DNA of 61,105 nucleotides, counting the filler, from Globobulimina sp. (Eukaryota): NCBI GenBank assembly GCA_003354225.1. It is 11 parts of 11 records of this genome, joined end to end, with 100 filler letters (N's around TTAATTAATTAA, not from the genome) between each part and the next. Parts side by side here need not be neighbours in the genome. Positions count along the whole stretch, not along the records: positions 16,729 to 22,194 come from PIVH01000554.1; positions 22,295 to 27,758 come from PIVH01000555.1; positions 27,859 to 33,321 come from PIVH01000556.1; 8 more parts are not named here. The stretch is one strand, 5' to 3'. This document shows positions 20,401 through 32,011 of the stretch, in pieces. A program made the translations under genes and the position numbers. The notes beneath the pieces are model-generated. The model saw only the letters and a list, made by a program, of their open reading frames with translations, had not been told where the DNA came from and did no database searches. How positions within the stretch are numbered: the first letter of the stretch is position 1; every line of letters begins with the position of its first letter.

Positions 20401-21723
20401 CCCATCAAACAATTTGTGGAACCCATCTCTGTGTTGGACAATACGTTGGAAAAGCTGTGCAAAATGAAGTTTATCGCAAAGCTGCCGTCGAAGCAGGACA
20501 TTTCCAACGCGATCGACGTGAATGAGAATGGGAATGGGAATGGGAATGCGGCGCAGTCGGAGCTGCAGCCAAGGAAACGGACTCTGCCCTGCCAACTATA
20601 TAAACAGTCGTCGATGTTGAACCATACACAACACGGACATCTGGAGAACCATTACCACTCTGAGTTGGTGCACCATCACTCCTCAGTTTCGTACCAGAAA
20701 CACGATGAGAATGTCATCAAAGACCGGTATGGCTCGGCTGCCAACAATGTGGTGGCGAGGAACAAGATCCATATCAATAACAACAACAACTCGTTGGCCG
20801 ATATGTCGCGTGGAACCATTCACCATTTGCGGAATTTCAGCGGTGTCTCGGATCGCAGCGACCAGACTTTCTCTGACCGCAATGGCTCTGACCAGGAAAT
20901 GCAGAAAAATATGAAGATGACGGACGACGAAAATAAGCATAAGAGAGATGTGGAGGACATGCCGCTGACTTCGCAGTTAGTGGTGGAGCCGTTGCATGCG
21001 GTGGCTTGGAAGAAGGGCATTTTGTGGAAGTCCAAAGGCGGGCTTTTGTCGACTGGCTCTGACCGCGTCTTTGTGTTCAAAAATAAGACTCTGTACTGGT
21101 TCCGAGACAGCATCGCCGACAAATATCCGCTGGGCAGCATCAAATTTGGCGAATCCATTTTGCGGCTTCAGCTCAACGAGAAAAAGAAAGAAACTCTCAT
21201 CAAAGTCTCCAGAAAGAAATACATTTTGCGCGCCAAGAGCTTGCCTGCAATGCAAGAATGGTTCAAATTGTTTCAGAATGCCATGAATTCGACGGATAAC
21301 TCGATGAATAATTCGATGCAGAACATGGAGAACATGGTAATCAACGAAGAAAAGTCTGTGGATCCCGGCCCCGATGCGGACAATGAATATTTGAGTAACA
21401 CTCACGGCGAATGCTACGAATTCACGCATGGTTTCCTAAGGGACGCCATCTACGAACAAATGTTGTCGACGCAGAGGATCCGAATACACAAAACTGCGCA
21501 GGAATACTTACGCAAAGTCCTCAAAGCCATCTCGTATTTGCCCAAATATTTGAACAAGGACTTGGACACAAAAGATTATACTTCGCTGCTACAAAGACAC
21601 CAATCCATTGCCCAAAACTACCAGAAACAGCAGAAAAATATTGGTGAGATGGTGGCTGAAGATGGCAAAAAAAAGCACAAGAAAAAGAAACACAAATTCC
21701 CGGGTTTTATCGGTTTAGATTAA
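17406..21723 (+). CDS. Soluble adenylyl cyclase (ADCY10-type): C1, C2, STAND P-loop, winged helix with inserted PH domain; +1 frame break near 20155
   Basis: C1 ALFADISGFT and DIFKFAGDA; C2 LNKFLVDDKG and RREYSVLGDKVNLAARLM; Walker A GEAGLGKA. The second frame continues with IPASVQAITARHLDVLNP, PH KKGILWKSKGG...RVFVFKNKTLYWF...LRAKSLPAMQEWF, then YEFTHGFLRDAIYEQM. Confidence 0.9.
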
Positions 21724-21966
21724 ATATTAATAAATCTTAATTGTAGCTTGTTGCAATCAGTGTGTATATGTTTATTTGTGTGCTGGTGTTCAATTTATAG
21801 TTTTAAATTGCAATCTTTTTATGTTGAACTTAATGTATATCAAACCTTAATGTTGTGTCTGGCTGGCAGTCTTGGCTGGCGCGGCTGGTATACCAATCAA
21901 TTAATATATCGAAATTTTAAGGAAGGACGTTGAGTATTAATTTGTGTAACACTAAAATCTCTAATC

Positions 21967-22194
21967 ATGGCCACGTTACTTGCTAAAGCAGTAATATTTA
22001 AATCACTCATAAAACAATTATCAAAACAAGAATTTCTGACATCAATGGGTAAAATATATGATATGGATCAGTTCGACTTACTATCAACAGCATTGTTTAA
22101 TTATTTTATTCATCCGCCATCAGTTACAAATCCGAATCCTCATCATTTGGCTAAGATTAATTCCATTTTGTCTCAAATTATGCAATCCAGAGAA
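21967..22194 (+). CDS. 5' fragment of a hypothetical gene
   Basis: ATG-initiated helical ORF (MATLLAKAVIFKSLIKQL...IMQSRE) open to the contig end. Confidence 0.5.
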
Positions 22195-22294
22195 NNNNNN
22201 NNNNNNNNNNNNNNNNNNNNNNNNNNNNNNNNNNNNNNTTAATTAATTAANNNNNNNNNNNNNNNNNNNNNNNNNNNNNNNNNNNNNNNNNNNN

Positions 22295-22991
22295 CCGCAA
22301 ACAGATTAGATTTTGATCAGAATTTCAAAAAACAAATAAAAACAACATATTCAAACATGATCAGTTCAATGATTAATGGAGAAATAATAGAATATCATGC
22401 TCGGTTCGGCCCGTATTTTTTAGAATTAAACAATAAAACGTATTTAAATCAAGAGGTGTTCCAATATTTGGAAATTGCTGACAATGCATTTGAAATTCCA
22501 GCATTCAATCTCGTTGGATTAAAGACAATAATTTAAATTCATTACAAAAGTTTTTATTTGATGGTTGTATTGAAGTTTTATCAATTACTAATAATAAGTT
22601 TACCCGTTTAGATGAGGAAACATTTGGTCTGCCATTCGCTTTGAAGAAAGTTGTTATTTCTAATAATCCAATCCAAGGAGTTATTGATTTCAAGGCATGC
22701 AATGCTACTCTTACAATGACAGAGTACTTTGATATGGCAGGATGTAAATATGTAACAAGACTGGTAAACATACCCCAAACATTACAAGAGCTTATCATTA
22801 TTGACTCAGGGATTACATCTCCAAATCAATTAGAATTTGAGAATGGAATGGGATTAACAAAAATTAGAACCAATCGTAATCAAACAAAAGAGTGGGAAAC
22901 GTTTTTGCATGAAACTGGCAGAAGTATATGTGTTTATGAGTATAATGATAAAGTATATGTGTTTATTGATAATTCTGTCCCTTTGTTGTAA
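22295..22991 (+). CDS. 3' fragment of a leucine-rich repeat protein with a frame break near 22493
   Basis: LRR-like IQSRWIKDNNL, IEVLSITNNKFTRL, LKKVVISNNPI; one extra A in GAAATT at ~22493 would join the upstream frame. Confidence 0.5.
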
Positions 22992-23722
22992 TTGAACGAT
23001 CATCCTTTTTATAGGTAAAACAATGCAAAGTAAAACTAAACAATTAACTTTTTTGGCTTAGTTTCGTTTCATTTCATTTCAACGATTAGCAAAGTTTTTG
23101 GTTTAATAGTATTCATTGATTGACAATCAGCGTCAGATACATCTTTATTTCTTCTTTTCTTATTATGATTATCGTTTTTAATTAATATAATTACTATTTT
23201 CTTTATTTGCATTATTATTTTCTTTTGTTGTATAATATATTTTGATAATAATTTGTAATCTCGTTGCCGCCGTAAACATTTATGTTTTGTGGAATCATAT
23301 CCATAGCCGGTAACTTTACTTATTGCCAATTCCAATATTATCTCTCTTCCATTTGTTCGGTCCTTCCTAAAAATATCACGTTTCCATACACATTGAAACA
23401 GTGTTAATGCCATTATAAAAATTTAAAATGCAGGTCACACTTCTTCGTGGATCATAATCTGATAAAATCGGATTGTTTTCATTTTTAAATTTCACAGAAA
23501 TTTTAAGATTTGCAAGACAATGTGATATTATTTATGTGATTTCTATGAAAACCTTTGAGTTGCCGTAATTAATCCTTTTGTTCAATCTGAAACGAAACAA
23601 ACTCAAACTGAACAAAGCCGTTTTTTGCACCAATTGCAATGAAACCTATACACATAAAATAATTTAAATTACAACCAAGCAAAACAAACATGAAGAAAAT
23701 GAAAAAGTTGTGGGATATTGCA

Positions 23723-26334
23723 TTAATTTTTTGTATGTTTAATAATTTCGTTTTCTTCTTTCTCTTCTTTTACATCATAACCACTTTGCAATTTTATTTC
23801 AGATTGAATCAATTCGTTACATCCGTTAATTAAATCTTTGACGCCATCCCATTCCGTAATGCCTAGTCTCCGCTTATTTGATACATCGAAAACACCGCCT
23901 TTTGATTCAGAATTCTCGCCATCAACACCACGAATTTGTAAATTATTTCTCTTTGCAATTGCATCAAATAACTGCTTCTTTCGTGAAGTGAGTGGTATTC
24001 TGATATGAACCGAGGCTCTTTCGCCACAACCAATATTTGTTGGGCACGCTGTTAAATATCCCAATTGTTTATGATATGCAAATTGCAATTTATTATTGAT
24101 GGCAGCCACTGCTTTCTCTAAGCGACCAAACACTGATTTAATATTTGCGCCTTGTTCCATGGATATTATTCGTAGCTGATCCTCTTCGTTCAGCCACACT
24201 AAAAATGTTTTGCTATTATTAAAGAAAATGCCTCTCCCATTGGGCCAGAAGCGATTAATGCCCGCCGACTCTAAGAATTCATCTCCTTTCTTAAATAAAA
24301 AGTGATCCGCAACCAATTGCTTTCGTGTTGCCTCATTCATATTACCTAACGGATAATATTTGCCTAATTTGTGGAATCAGAGTGTTAATTTATCAAATGC
24401 AGTATACACAAATCGATACCTTTTAAATCATCATCTTTGAATTCTTCTAAAATGCCTTTAATTTTCTCCTCCAACTCCATTGTTTGCGTTTCGTTCATAC
24501 CGCCTCTCAATGGATAGCCCTCCACATTCCTGGCAACACGAACTCGCGTCGAAATTATAAATGTACCCTCGGGATCTAAATCAGCTGGGAACGCATCGTC
24601 AAATTTAAAATTTTGCTTTGGATGTTTGAAGCCTTGCAATGAGGGCAACTTATGATAATCACTGATGATCGGATTGAATAAATCAGCAAACACAGCATAT
24701 GCATCAGCATCGCTTGCATAGACACCAATCTTTGCTGAGCGCATATTGTCCATTCCTGACATTACACACGATCTCAAATCGCATCCTTGTTTTGTTTGTT
24801 TATCTTTTAATGTTTCAAAGGTTTGCCGCGTCAAATACTTTTTCAACAACGAGGTAGAATTTGATTGTTCCAATTTGGTAAATAAACTTTCGAGCGACTC
24901 TATTTTGTGCAAATTATATCCTTTTATTGACAGTTTGTCGCTGGATTCTTTTAATTGAACCGGCCATCTTTTTGTATCAATTAAATACGGCCCGGCCACA
25001 TCAGCCAAGCTGCCATTATATTTCTGCTCTGCTTTTAATCCAAAGATCTGAACTCGATCACCAATGTTAAACAAAGCAATATCGTTATTTACTAAATCTA
25101 TTTCCATTTTATTGAGCGCATTGACGCCGTCACACATAAATTGCACCAACGTACGCTCAGAGTAACCCATTCTAAATTTATTGCTTATGTCCACAATGCA
25201 ATTTTCTTCAATTTCTGAATGTTCGCCATACAAACCACGGATTTGCATTTTATATTTGATGCCGATATCATTCAATTTGTCTAAACCTTTCTGGCATAAA
25301 CGAGGCAGTGAGATATGAACAGATGAACGCAAACCTGTTCCTAAATTGGTTGGGCAACACGTTACATTTCCATATTGCGCATCGAATAAGAAACCATTAT
25401 GTTTGCCATTTGTGACCAGTTTTATTCCTTTTTCGATTGCTGACACTGCTTTTTTTAAGCGATTGAATACAGCTTTGACATTATTTGATTTTTGCATCGA
25501 AATAAGCCGCAAATGGTCGCCTTCATTTAGCCAAACAATAAATGTTTTCGCCTCATTCAAATAAATGCCTCTTCCTCTTGGAAACCATAAATGATATCCG
25601 CTGTCTGTCTGCATTGCGTCGTCATTCCCTGAAAATAAAAGATGATCATCGACCAATTTCTGACGAATCTCTTCCTCCATTCCATGCAATGCGTAATATT
25701 CACCTTTTAGCTCATTGTCATATTGCAACGAATCAAATACTTTTTTCATAATTTCCTCAATTTCCAATTTAATATCAACACTTCTTTGGGACGGAGCTAA
25801 TGGGAAACCGTCGATATTTCTCGCCACCCGAATTCGTGTTGATTTTATATTTTTAAAATGAGCAATATCGCCTTCCTCAATCTCCAACCATTTCTCATCG
25901 CAATCCGCAGAAAATGATGATTTTATGCCTGAGTGATATGTCTTTGTTTGATGGTAATCTCGAATCACTGCACCAAAAATGTCATTAAATAATGAATATG
26001 ACTCAATATCACCGGCATGAATACCAACCAATGATTGCGGGTTTTTCACGCCTGTATTGATCGCATTTTTAAGCATAAAACCATTTTTTGTTTGTCCATC
26101 TTTTAATTTATCGAATAAATCTTTTGTTAAATATTTGGCCATTAAACTGTTGCATAATTTCAATTCCTTTGCTGGATATTCATTTTTTGCTAATGTTTCA
26201 TTTAAAATGATTTCCGTTTCTTCTTTCTCTTCTTTTACATCATAACCACTTTGTTCTCTTGCCGCAACATCTACGTAAGTGTGGTTTTGTGAATCAATCA
26301 CTGATTGATTTAACAAATGCTTTACGTGATGCAT
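23723..26334 (-). CDS. Two-domain phosphagen (arginine kinase-like) kinase with SH3-like linker; intron 24364-24419
   Basis: Domain 1: SLMAKYLT, STRIRVARN, WLNEGDHLRLISMQ, CPTNLGT. Domain 2: SLLKKYLT, STRVRVARN, WLNEEDQLRIISM, CPTNIG, DVSNKRRLG. The 56-nt intron restores LKGKYYPL. Confidence 0.93.
23752..23788 (-). repeat. Exact 37-bp direct repeat, second copy at 26217-26253
   Basis: TTTCTTCTTTCTCTTCTTTTACATCATAACCACTTTG; encodes QSGYDVKEEKEE at both ends of the kinase. Confidence 0.95.
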
Positions 26335-26756
26335 AATTAAAAAAAAACTTGCACTGAACAGTAACTTTAATTAAATTAAAGCAATCATGGAAAATGAAAA
26401 TTGACATAACATATTCTGACGCGATTAGTGATGGGAATGTTCTACAAAAGATATCCTCGCACTCACTACGTGCAAAAATATGAACCAAATTAATTTAGGT
26501 ACACAAATAAAATGCAAACAGATTGCGATACCGTCAACATTAATTCAACAACGTTAATTTATGATCTTAGCCAGAAACACATAGTTTTAGTTTTTTTTCA
26601 ATATAACAGCATGCTATAAAATTATTATAAAATAAGTAAAATTAACGACGTAAAACGATATGATATATACGTGTAATTAATATAATATTAATAAAATACA
26701 ATGAATGAACAAAAACACAACATACAATATAAAGTGCTATTTAATTATTTAATTAG

Positions 26757-27734
26757 TCACGATCTCGTAATGGACAGCTCCAGTTCGATTTCGGTACGAC
26801 TGTGGCGCCTTGCTTTTTTTTTAACATTTCTCTCGCAGCATTTGAGCAAAATGTCGTTACAAACCCTACACAGTGTGATGTATAACATATGATTGATTTT
26901 CATCGACAGATAGAGCACAGTCACATTGCCCAAATTCTCCAACGATCTCAATTGATACATAATTCCTACCAAAATGTTATTTGCCGCCGGATAGAATGAC
27001 ACAGCAAAGGCTGAGGCATAAAAGAACTGATTCGACAGAATGGCACTTCCAAATAATATGCTATGCCGCACCACCACTTCTAAGGTTTTCTTTGTTTGTG
27101 TGGTTAAACACGAATTGTAATCGGCCAATGTTTCTGTTTTGATTGTACATTCTCGCAGTTTGTAGATGAACAAAATGAATAATACCACATTGAGGAATGC
27201 GTCGGAGAGCATTAATAGTATAAAGGCCGGCTGTTTTAAATCGGATTGGCGACTCAGGTTTGGCGCAAATAGCATGACAAAGACGTGATAGATTGAGGTG
27301 AAGATAGACATTGCAATTAAAAACCACAGGAATATATACATAGATTTGTTCAATTCGTAGATGGTGCTTTTAAAGCAATAATACACTCTCATTACCAATA
27401 TCACATAGAACATAATGCAGCCGATGTAATAAAAGATGTTTGCAAGCAACACAATCACAGTGATTACAGTCGCATTTGAGAGCAAATCAATGTCCATTAT
27501 CATAGCAACGAAGAAATGAATCAGGTCGGCAAATATGCACAGAGTGCAGGCTAACATTGAAATGAGTGTAGTGTAGCGAAAAAATGACGACATTGAGATC
27601 TTGGCATTGGAGTCCGCAAATTTAGAGGCCAGGCTGATGAGCAGTATTAGCGATATTAGAGCGCAGAGTGATGTCGCTGTGATATAACCACAATAAAAAG
27701 CATGTTCTTTGTTGGCTTGGATGAAATGGTCCAT
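26757..27734 (-). CDS. Orphan seven-transmembrane (GPCR-like) protein
   Basis: Seven hydrophobic segments; YVILVMRVYYCF after TM3, LFIYKL after TM5, Cys-rich tail LCRVCNDILLKCC. Confidence 0.75.
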   Translation of the reverse strand: MDHFIQANKEHAFYCGYITATSLCALISLILLISLASKFADSNAKISMSSFFRYTTLISMLACTLCIFADLIHFFVAMIMDIDLLSNATVITVIVLLANIFYYIGCIMFYVILVMRVYYCFKSTIYELNKSMYIFLWFLIAMSIFTSIYHVFVMLFAPNLSRQSDLKQPAFILLMLSDAFLNVVLFILFIYKLRECTIKTETLADYNSCLTTQTKKTLEVVVRHSILFGSAILSNQFFYASAFAVSFYPAANNILVGIMYQLRSLENLGNVTVLYLSMKINHMLYITLCRVCNDILLKCCERNVKKKARRHSRTEIELELSITRS

Positions 27735-27858
27735 TCAATTGAATAATTAGTGTAATTTNNNNNNNNNNNNNNNNNNNNNNNNNNNNNNNNNNNNNNNNNN
27801 NNTTAATTAATTAANNNNNNNNNNNNNNNNNNNNNNNNNNNNNNNNNNNNNNNNNNNN

Positions 27859-29171
27859 CAACGACTTATGTGCCAACGACATCTGCGCCAACCACTGAAA
27901 ATCCAACATCCGCTGCGCCGACAACCGCAAATCCAACATATGTGCCAACCAGAAATCCAATAACATTTATCCCAACAAACAATCCAATACCGGCTCCAAC
28001 AGATGCTCCAACAACATCTGTGCCAACCACATCTGTGCCAACAACATCTGTGCCAACAACATCTATGCCAACGACATCTGCGCCAACATCCGCTGCGCCA
28101 ACAACATTTACATCAACAACCGCTACGCCAACATCTGAAAATCCAACATTCACACCAACAACATCTCAGGCAACAACCGCTGCGCCATCAAACACTGAAA
28201 ATCCATCATCTGCACCAACAACATTCGCTGCGCCGACAACCGCAAATCCAACAACATTTGCACCAACAAGTTATGTACCTACAACAGATCCAACATCTTT
28301 ACCTACAGCAAGTCAGCCAACACATGTAGCCACAGACAATCCTACCTCAATACCCACAGAAATGACTGTAACACCAGGTTTCCCCACCGAAGCACCCTCA
28401 GATGTTTCACTTCAACCTACCATATCACCAACACGCTCACTATCATGGAATACCACAATATTTCCAACAACATTTCCTCCAAATGTTTCTCCAACAACAC
28501 AAAATCCGACAACCTCATCACCTTCAACATCGCCAACAAAATGTGAAGATAATGAAAGTTTGCAAAACAATGATTGTACAGATAATGGTTGCATTTCGGA
28601 ACCGTTTTTAGATTTTATTTTATCATTCAGCGTTTGCAACAAACATCCATTCAATGGGAATAGATATGGTTTATGGAAGGCAATTGTTGACTGTTTGTGT
28701 GATTTAGCTGAAAATGGAAAGGATTATACATATCATCTACATGGTGGTACTAATAATAATTGTGATTTTAATGTGGTAAAATATGGTATGGAGAGTTTAG
28801 ATGTAACCGAAGCGATATCAGCTGATTGTGATAGTAATGGATATCGATTCCTTTTTGGGATTGAAGGGTGTGGTGATTGTGTTGAGATTGCCCAAACTGT
28901 AAATATGATGAGTAAGATGACACAGATTGAAAGAATTGGTGTGATTTCTGAATGTGCGAATTGGTTTGCTAAGAAAGCAGACACCATCGGATTTGGGGAG
29001 ATTGAAGCGTTTAAGTTTAATATCAAAGAAGAACTTGGAACAAAATGTGATATGATGACTGCCGGCGTTTATAGTAAATTTTGCAAAACATATATGTTTG
29101 CAACAATTAGTATGAGTGTGTTGTTTTGTGTTTTTTTTTGTATAATAGTTATTTCAATTCATGTATATTAA
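27859..29171 (+). CDS. Mucin-like Pro/Thr-rich surface protein (5'-truncated), Cys-rich domain, hydrophobic C-terminus
   Basis: 15-bp PTTSV/PTTSA tandem repeats at ~27860-28540; Cys-rich region; terminal hydrophobic tail (TM or GPI signal). Confidence 0.8.
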
Positions 29172-29410
29172 CGATGAGTTCCGAGAGAAACCTGGCACTG
29201 TTCAACAATACCAGATTGAAGCCACGCAACTAATTTTTAATTAATAAGGTGATAATTTACAGTCATTCAAGAAAAAAAGCAAATAACAATTTTTTATATT
29301 TAAATTAATTATTCAAAACAGTATATGTTTTCGGTTATGTTTATCTAAATCCATATGCACTTTGTTTATCTGAATCCGTTTTGATAGCTACATCAGATGA
29401 ATAAATTGTG

Positions 29411-29641
29411 TCACGGTGATTTTGATTCTTTACTCAATGAAGTATAGGTGTGCTCTGCCTCTGTTTGATCTGTTGTTGATGGGGAAGTAGCAATGTACCA
29501 TGCTGGTTCTGTTGCATTTGCGATTGCAAATTCCTTCATCAAATCACCAACAATATCATCATCTTTATCCTTGCTATCATTCTTTCTTCGGCTTGTATTT
29601 GTTGTGGGTGAATCCGCTGCGGTTTTGCAACAAGAACCCAT
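29411..29641 (-). CDS. Small predicted dually acylated protein
   Basis: MGSCCKT N-terminus (Gly2 myristoylation, Cys palmitoylation pattern); 76 aa. Confidence 0.55.
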   Translation of the reverse strand: MGSCCKTAADSPTTNTSRRKNDSKDKDDDIVGDLMKEFAIANATEPAWYIATSPSTTDQTEAEHTYTSLSKESKSP

Positions 29642-29813
29642 TGTGAATCTAAAAATGCAAAAAACAGTAGTTCAGTACATTTATTTTCCTTTTCCGTCCA
29701 GAAAATTATAAATATATGAAAAATAATAATAATTTTGATAGAAAGTACAATGAAAAACAAATTTAAAATATGATATCCAAACAATTTATAAAAATATAAT
29801 AAAAAAATTAAAT

Positions 29814-31913
29814 TTAGGTAGGTGTAGAGGATGGCGTAGATTTATTGTCATTGTTATTTGTAATTTGTGATAATTGCATTTGCTTAACTTTTGTGTTGCA
29901 ATTGCCCTCATTTCCATCTATCCATCGGATATATGGTGATTTTGCTATAATATCAGATCTATCTTTATTAATAATAGTATACGTTGCCTGTTTCAGCATA
30001 AATAATGCAACAATCCTCCAACTCGATGCATATAACGAATTAACAGAAACACTGAACCCAAATTCCTTTGAGATGTGGATAATACTCAAATCATCCTCAT
30101 TCCATAAGGTTAGACTTGCCGTTATTGCTCTGGCTGTCACTCCCAGCGAAACAATAATAGCAGCTGCCATTTTAAATGATTTTTTAAATTCCATTGTATC
30201 GATCACAGAGAAAGCAATGGTTAACAAAGTATTATACAATAAAAATATAACATCACTTACCATCCAACCAACACGTATGGCCATACTCGAATAAGTGCTG
30301 TAATCTCGCAAATACATTCCACATAAAATCGCAATTATTGTATATAACACTTTGATCCAAAACGAAAATGTCTGAACAATTATTTTCAACCCATTAATAT
30401 CCGCAGTGGCCGTCATTAATAAACATGCGAATGTCGACAATATGCATAGCAAAACAGTTGGTATCAATGTAATATTACCCGTCAATATGCCCGTGTCAAT
30501 AGTCACAAATCCAATGGTCATTATCGTAGCATAGGCCACAAACCATCCACTATATACAAACTGTCTTACTTTAACACCAAGTTTAGGCCCAAAACATTTC
30601 CATAAAATCGTGTCCTTAAAATTAAATTTGTAGGTAAGCGTTGGCAAAGAATCCGCCATATTATCTACATTAGCTTTGTCAGTGAATGCTAACGTTGCTA
30701 ATAAGTCACTGTTTAACAATTCATATATTTGTGATAATTGTGCTGATGTCAACAAGTCTGCAACAGACAAATAATTGTTTAACAACACCTTAATTCCACC
30801 AATTATAGTCAAAAATTGTTGTATTGTATGCACGTCATTGATGTCAGTAAGTTTATTGGAGTTAATTTGCAATGAAATCTTGGACACTAAAGATTTCAAA
30901 GTATGAGTTTCATGATGCCATTCGATATACGGCGAGTATTGGATTAAAGAGCAACGTTGCTTCCATAAAATTGAATAAATGTTTTGCTTCCATAAGAACA
31001 TGGATACAATGCGCATTGCGTTTGCTTTTATGGATTTCACTGAAATGGCTATACCAGCGGTTAAATAAATAACTGACTTTCCATCATTATCAGCTGCGTC
31101 AAAGGAAAAGAATGTGAATATAATTGCAAATGCACTCATTATCAAAGCTAATGATGTTCCAACCACCGCTTTGATGAGATTTGATATATGCAAACCATCA
31201 AAACACGCTACAAAGACAACATCTAAAACCAATATAATTGCAATTTGCGAATTCCATATGAATGCCATAGCTGTTTTGTTATCAGCTTCATATAAATAAC
31301 AGATAATAACCACAATCATATAAAATATTTGAACCCAGAATTGAAATGATTTACAAATATACGTTTTGAATGCGGTTCGGTTTACAGACATAATCACTAA
31401 CATAACGTATGGAATTGCCACCATTTCGTACACAATGTTGATTATTAAATATGGATTGAAATTGAGAGCAAACATACCAACGACAATAAAACCGACAATG
31501 TATTTGTTATAGATCAGATTGAATATTTTTGGACCTGTTTTTGTACCAAATACAGAGACCAGAAAGTTATTTGTTTTGTCAAATGTTAATGTACATTTTT
31601 GTTGTTCCGTAGAGTTTTTGCTGGTTTTATCAAACTCGACGAAGGTTGTTTGTGAGGAAATGGATAATAAGCTTTCTGTCGTCTGGATTTGAGTTGAATG
31701 CAATGCAGTGATTTGTTTAATTTCTTTTTGAGTCAATGATTCAGGAAATAATGAAACATAATCATGCAATACAGAGTCAATACCACCAATGACATTAATT
31801 ATTTTGACTGAATTATCGTCATAGGCGTTTTGTTGGTATTTGGACTGCACAAGTTTAAGTAATGCATCATTGTTCAATTCCGTTGCTGCAGATCCATGCT
31901 CTTCAGTGCGCAT
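29814..31913 (-). CDS. Internally duplicated multi-pass membrane protein of unknown function
   Basis: Paired motifs IGGIDSVL/IGGIKVLL, SFQFWVQI/TFSFWIKV, MFLWKQ/LFMLKQ, SPYIEW/SPYIRW. Confidence 0.8.
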   Translation of the reverse strand: MRTEEHGSAATELNNDALLKLVQSKYQQNAYDDNSVKIINVIGGIDSVLHDYVSLFPESLTQKEIKQITALHSTQIQTTESLLSISSQTTFVEFDKTSKNSTEQQKCTLTFDKTNNFLVSVFGTKTGPKIFNLIYNKYIVGFIVVGMFALNFNPYLIINIVYEMVAIPYVMLVIMSVNRTAFKTYICKSFQFWVQIFYMIVVIICYLYEADNKTAMAFIWNSQIAIILVLDVVFVACFDGLHISNLIKAVVGTSLALIMSAFAIIFTFFSFDAADNDGKSVIYLTAGIAISVKSIKANAMRIVSMFLWKQNIYSILWKQRCSLIQYSPYIEWHHETHTLKSLVSKISLQINSNKLTDINDVHTIQQFLTIIGGIKVLLNNYLSVADLLTSAQLSQIYELLNSDLLATLAFTDKANVDNMADSLPTLTYKFNFKDTILWKCFGPKLGVKVRQFVYSGWFVAYATIMTIGFVTIDTGILTGNITLIPTVLLCILSTFACLLMTATADINGLKIIVQTFSFWIKVLYTIIAILCGMYLRDYSTYSSMAIRVGWMVSDVIFLLYNTLLTIAFSVIDTMEFKKSFKMAAAIIVSLGVTARAITASLTLWNEDDLSIIHISKEFGFSVSVNSLYASSWRIVALFMLKQATYTIINKDRSDIIAKSPYIRWIDGNEGNCNTKVKQMQLSQITNNNDNKSTPSSTPT

Positions 31914-32011
31914 TGTCTGTATTATGATCGGGGAAACAAATTGTCAGTAAACACAGTTGCTCTGAGTTCAGTACAGCACCAATGTACCATACTATATCAA
32001 AGATTAGATGC

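Noticed and set aside
20160-20525. C-terminal ~120 aa of the 1039-aa ORF
   Set aside because: Out-of-frame run-on; the conserved STAND motifs are in the +1 frame
21859-21889. Three GGCTGG copies in AT-rich intergenic DNA
   Set aside because: Too short to support a regulatory call without other instances
23069-23413. 114-aa minus-strand ORF
   Set aside because: No recognisable motif and partly low complexity; cannot be supported as a gene
27866-28329. Gln/His-rich and Val/Gly-rich ORFs (also 43417-43980)
   Set aside because: Alternative frames of Pro-Thr tandem repeats
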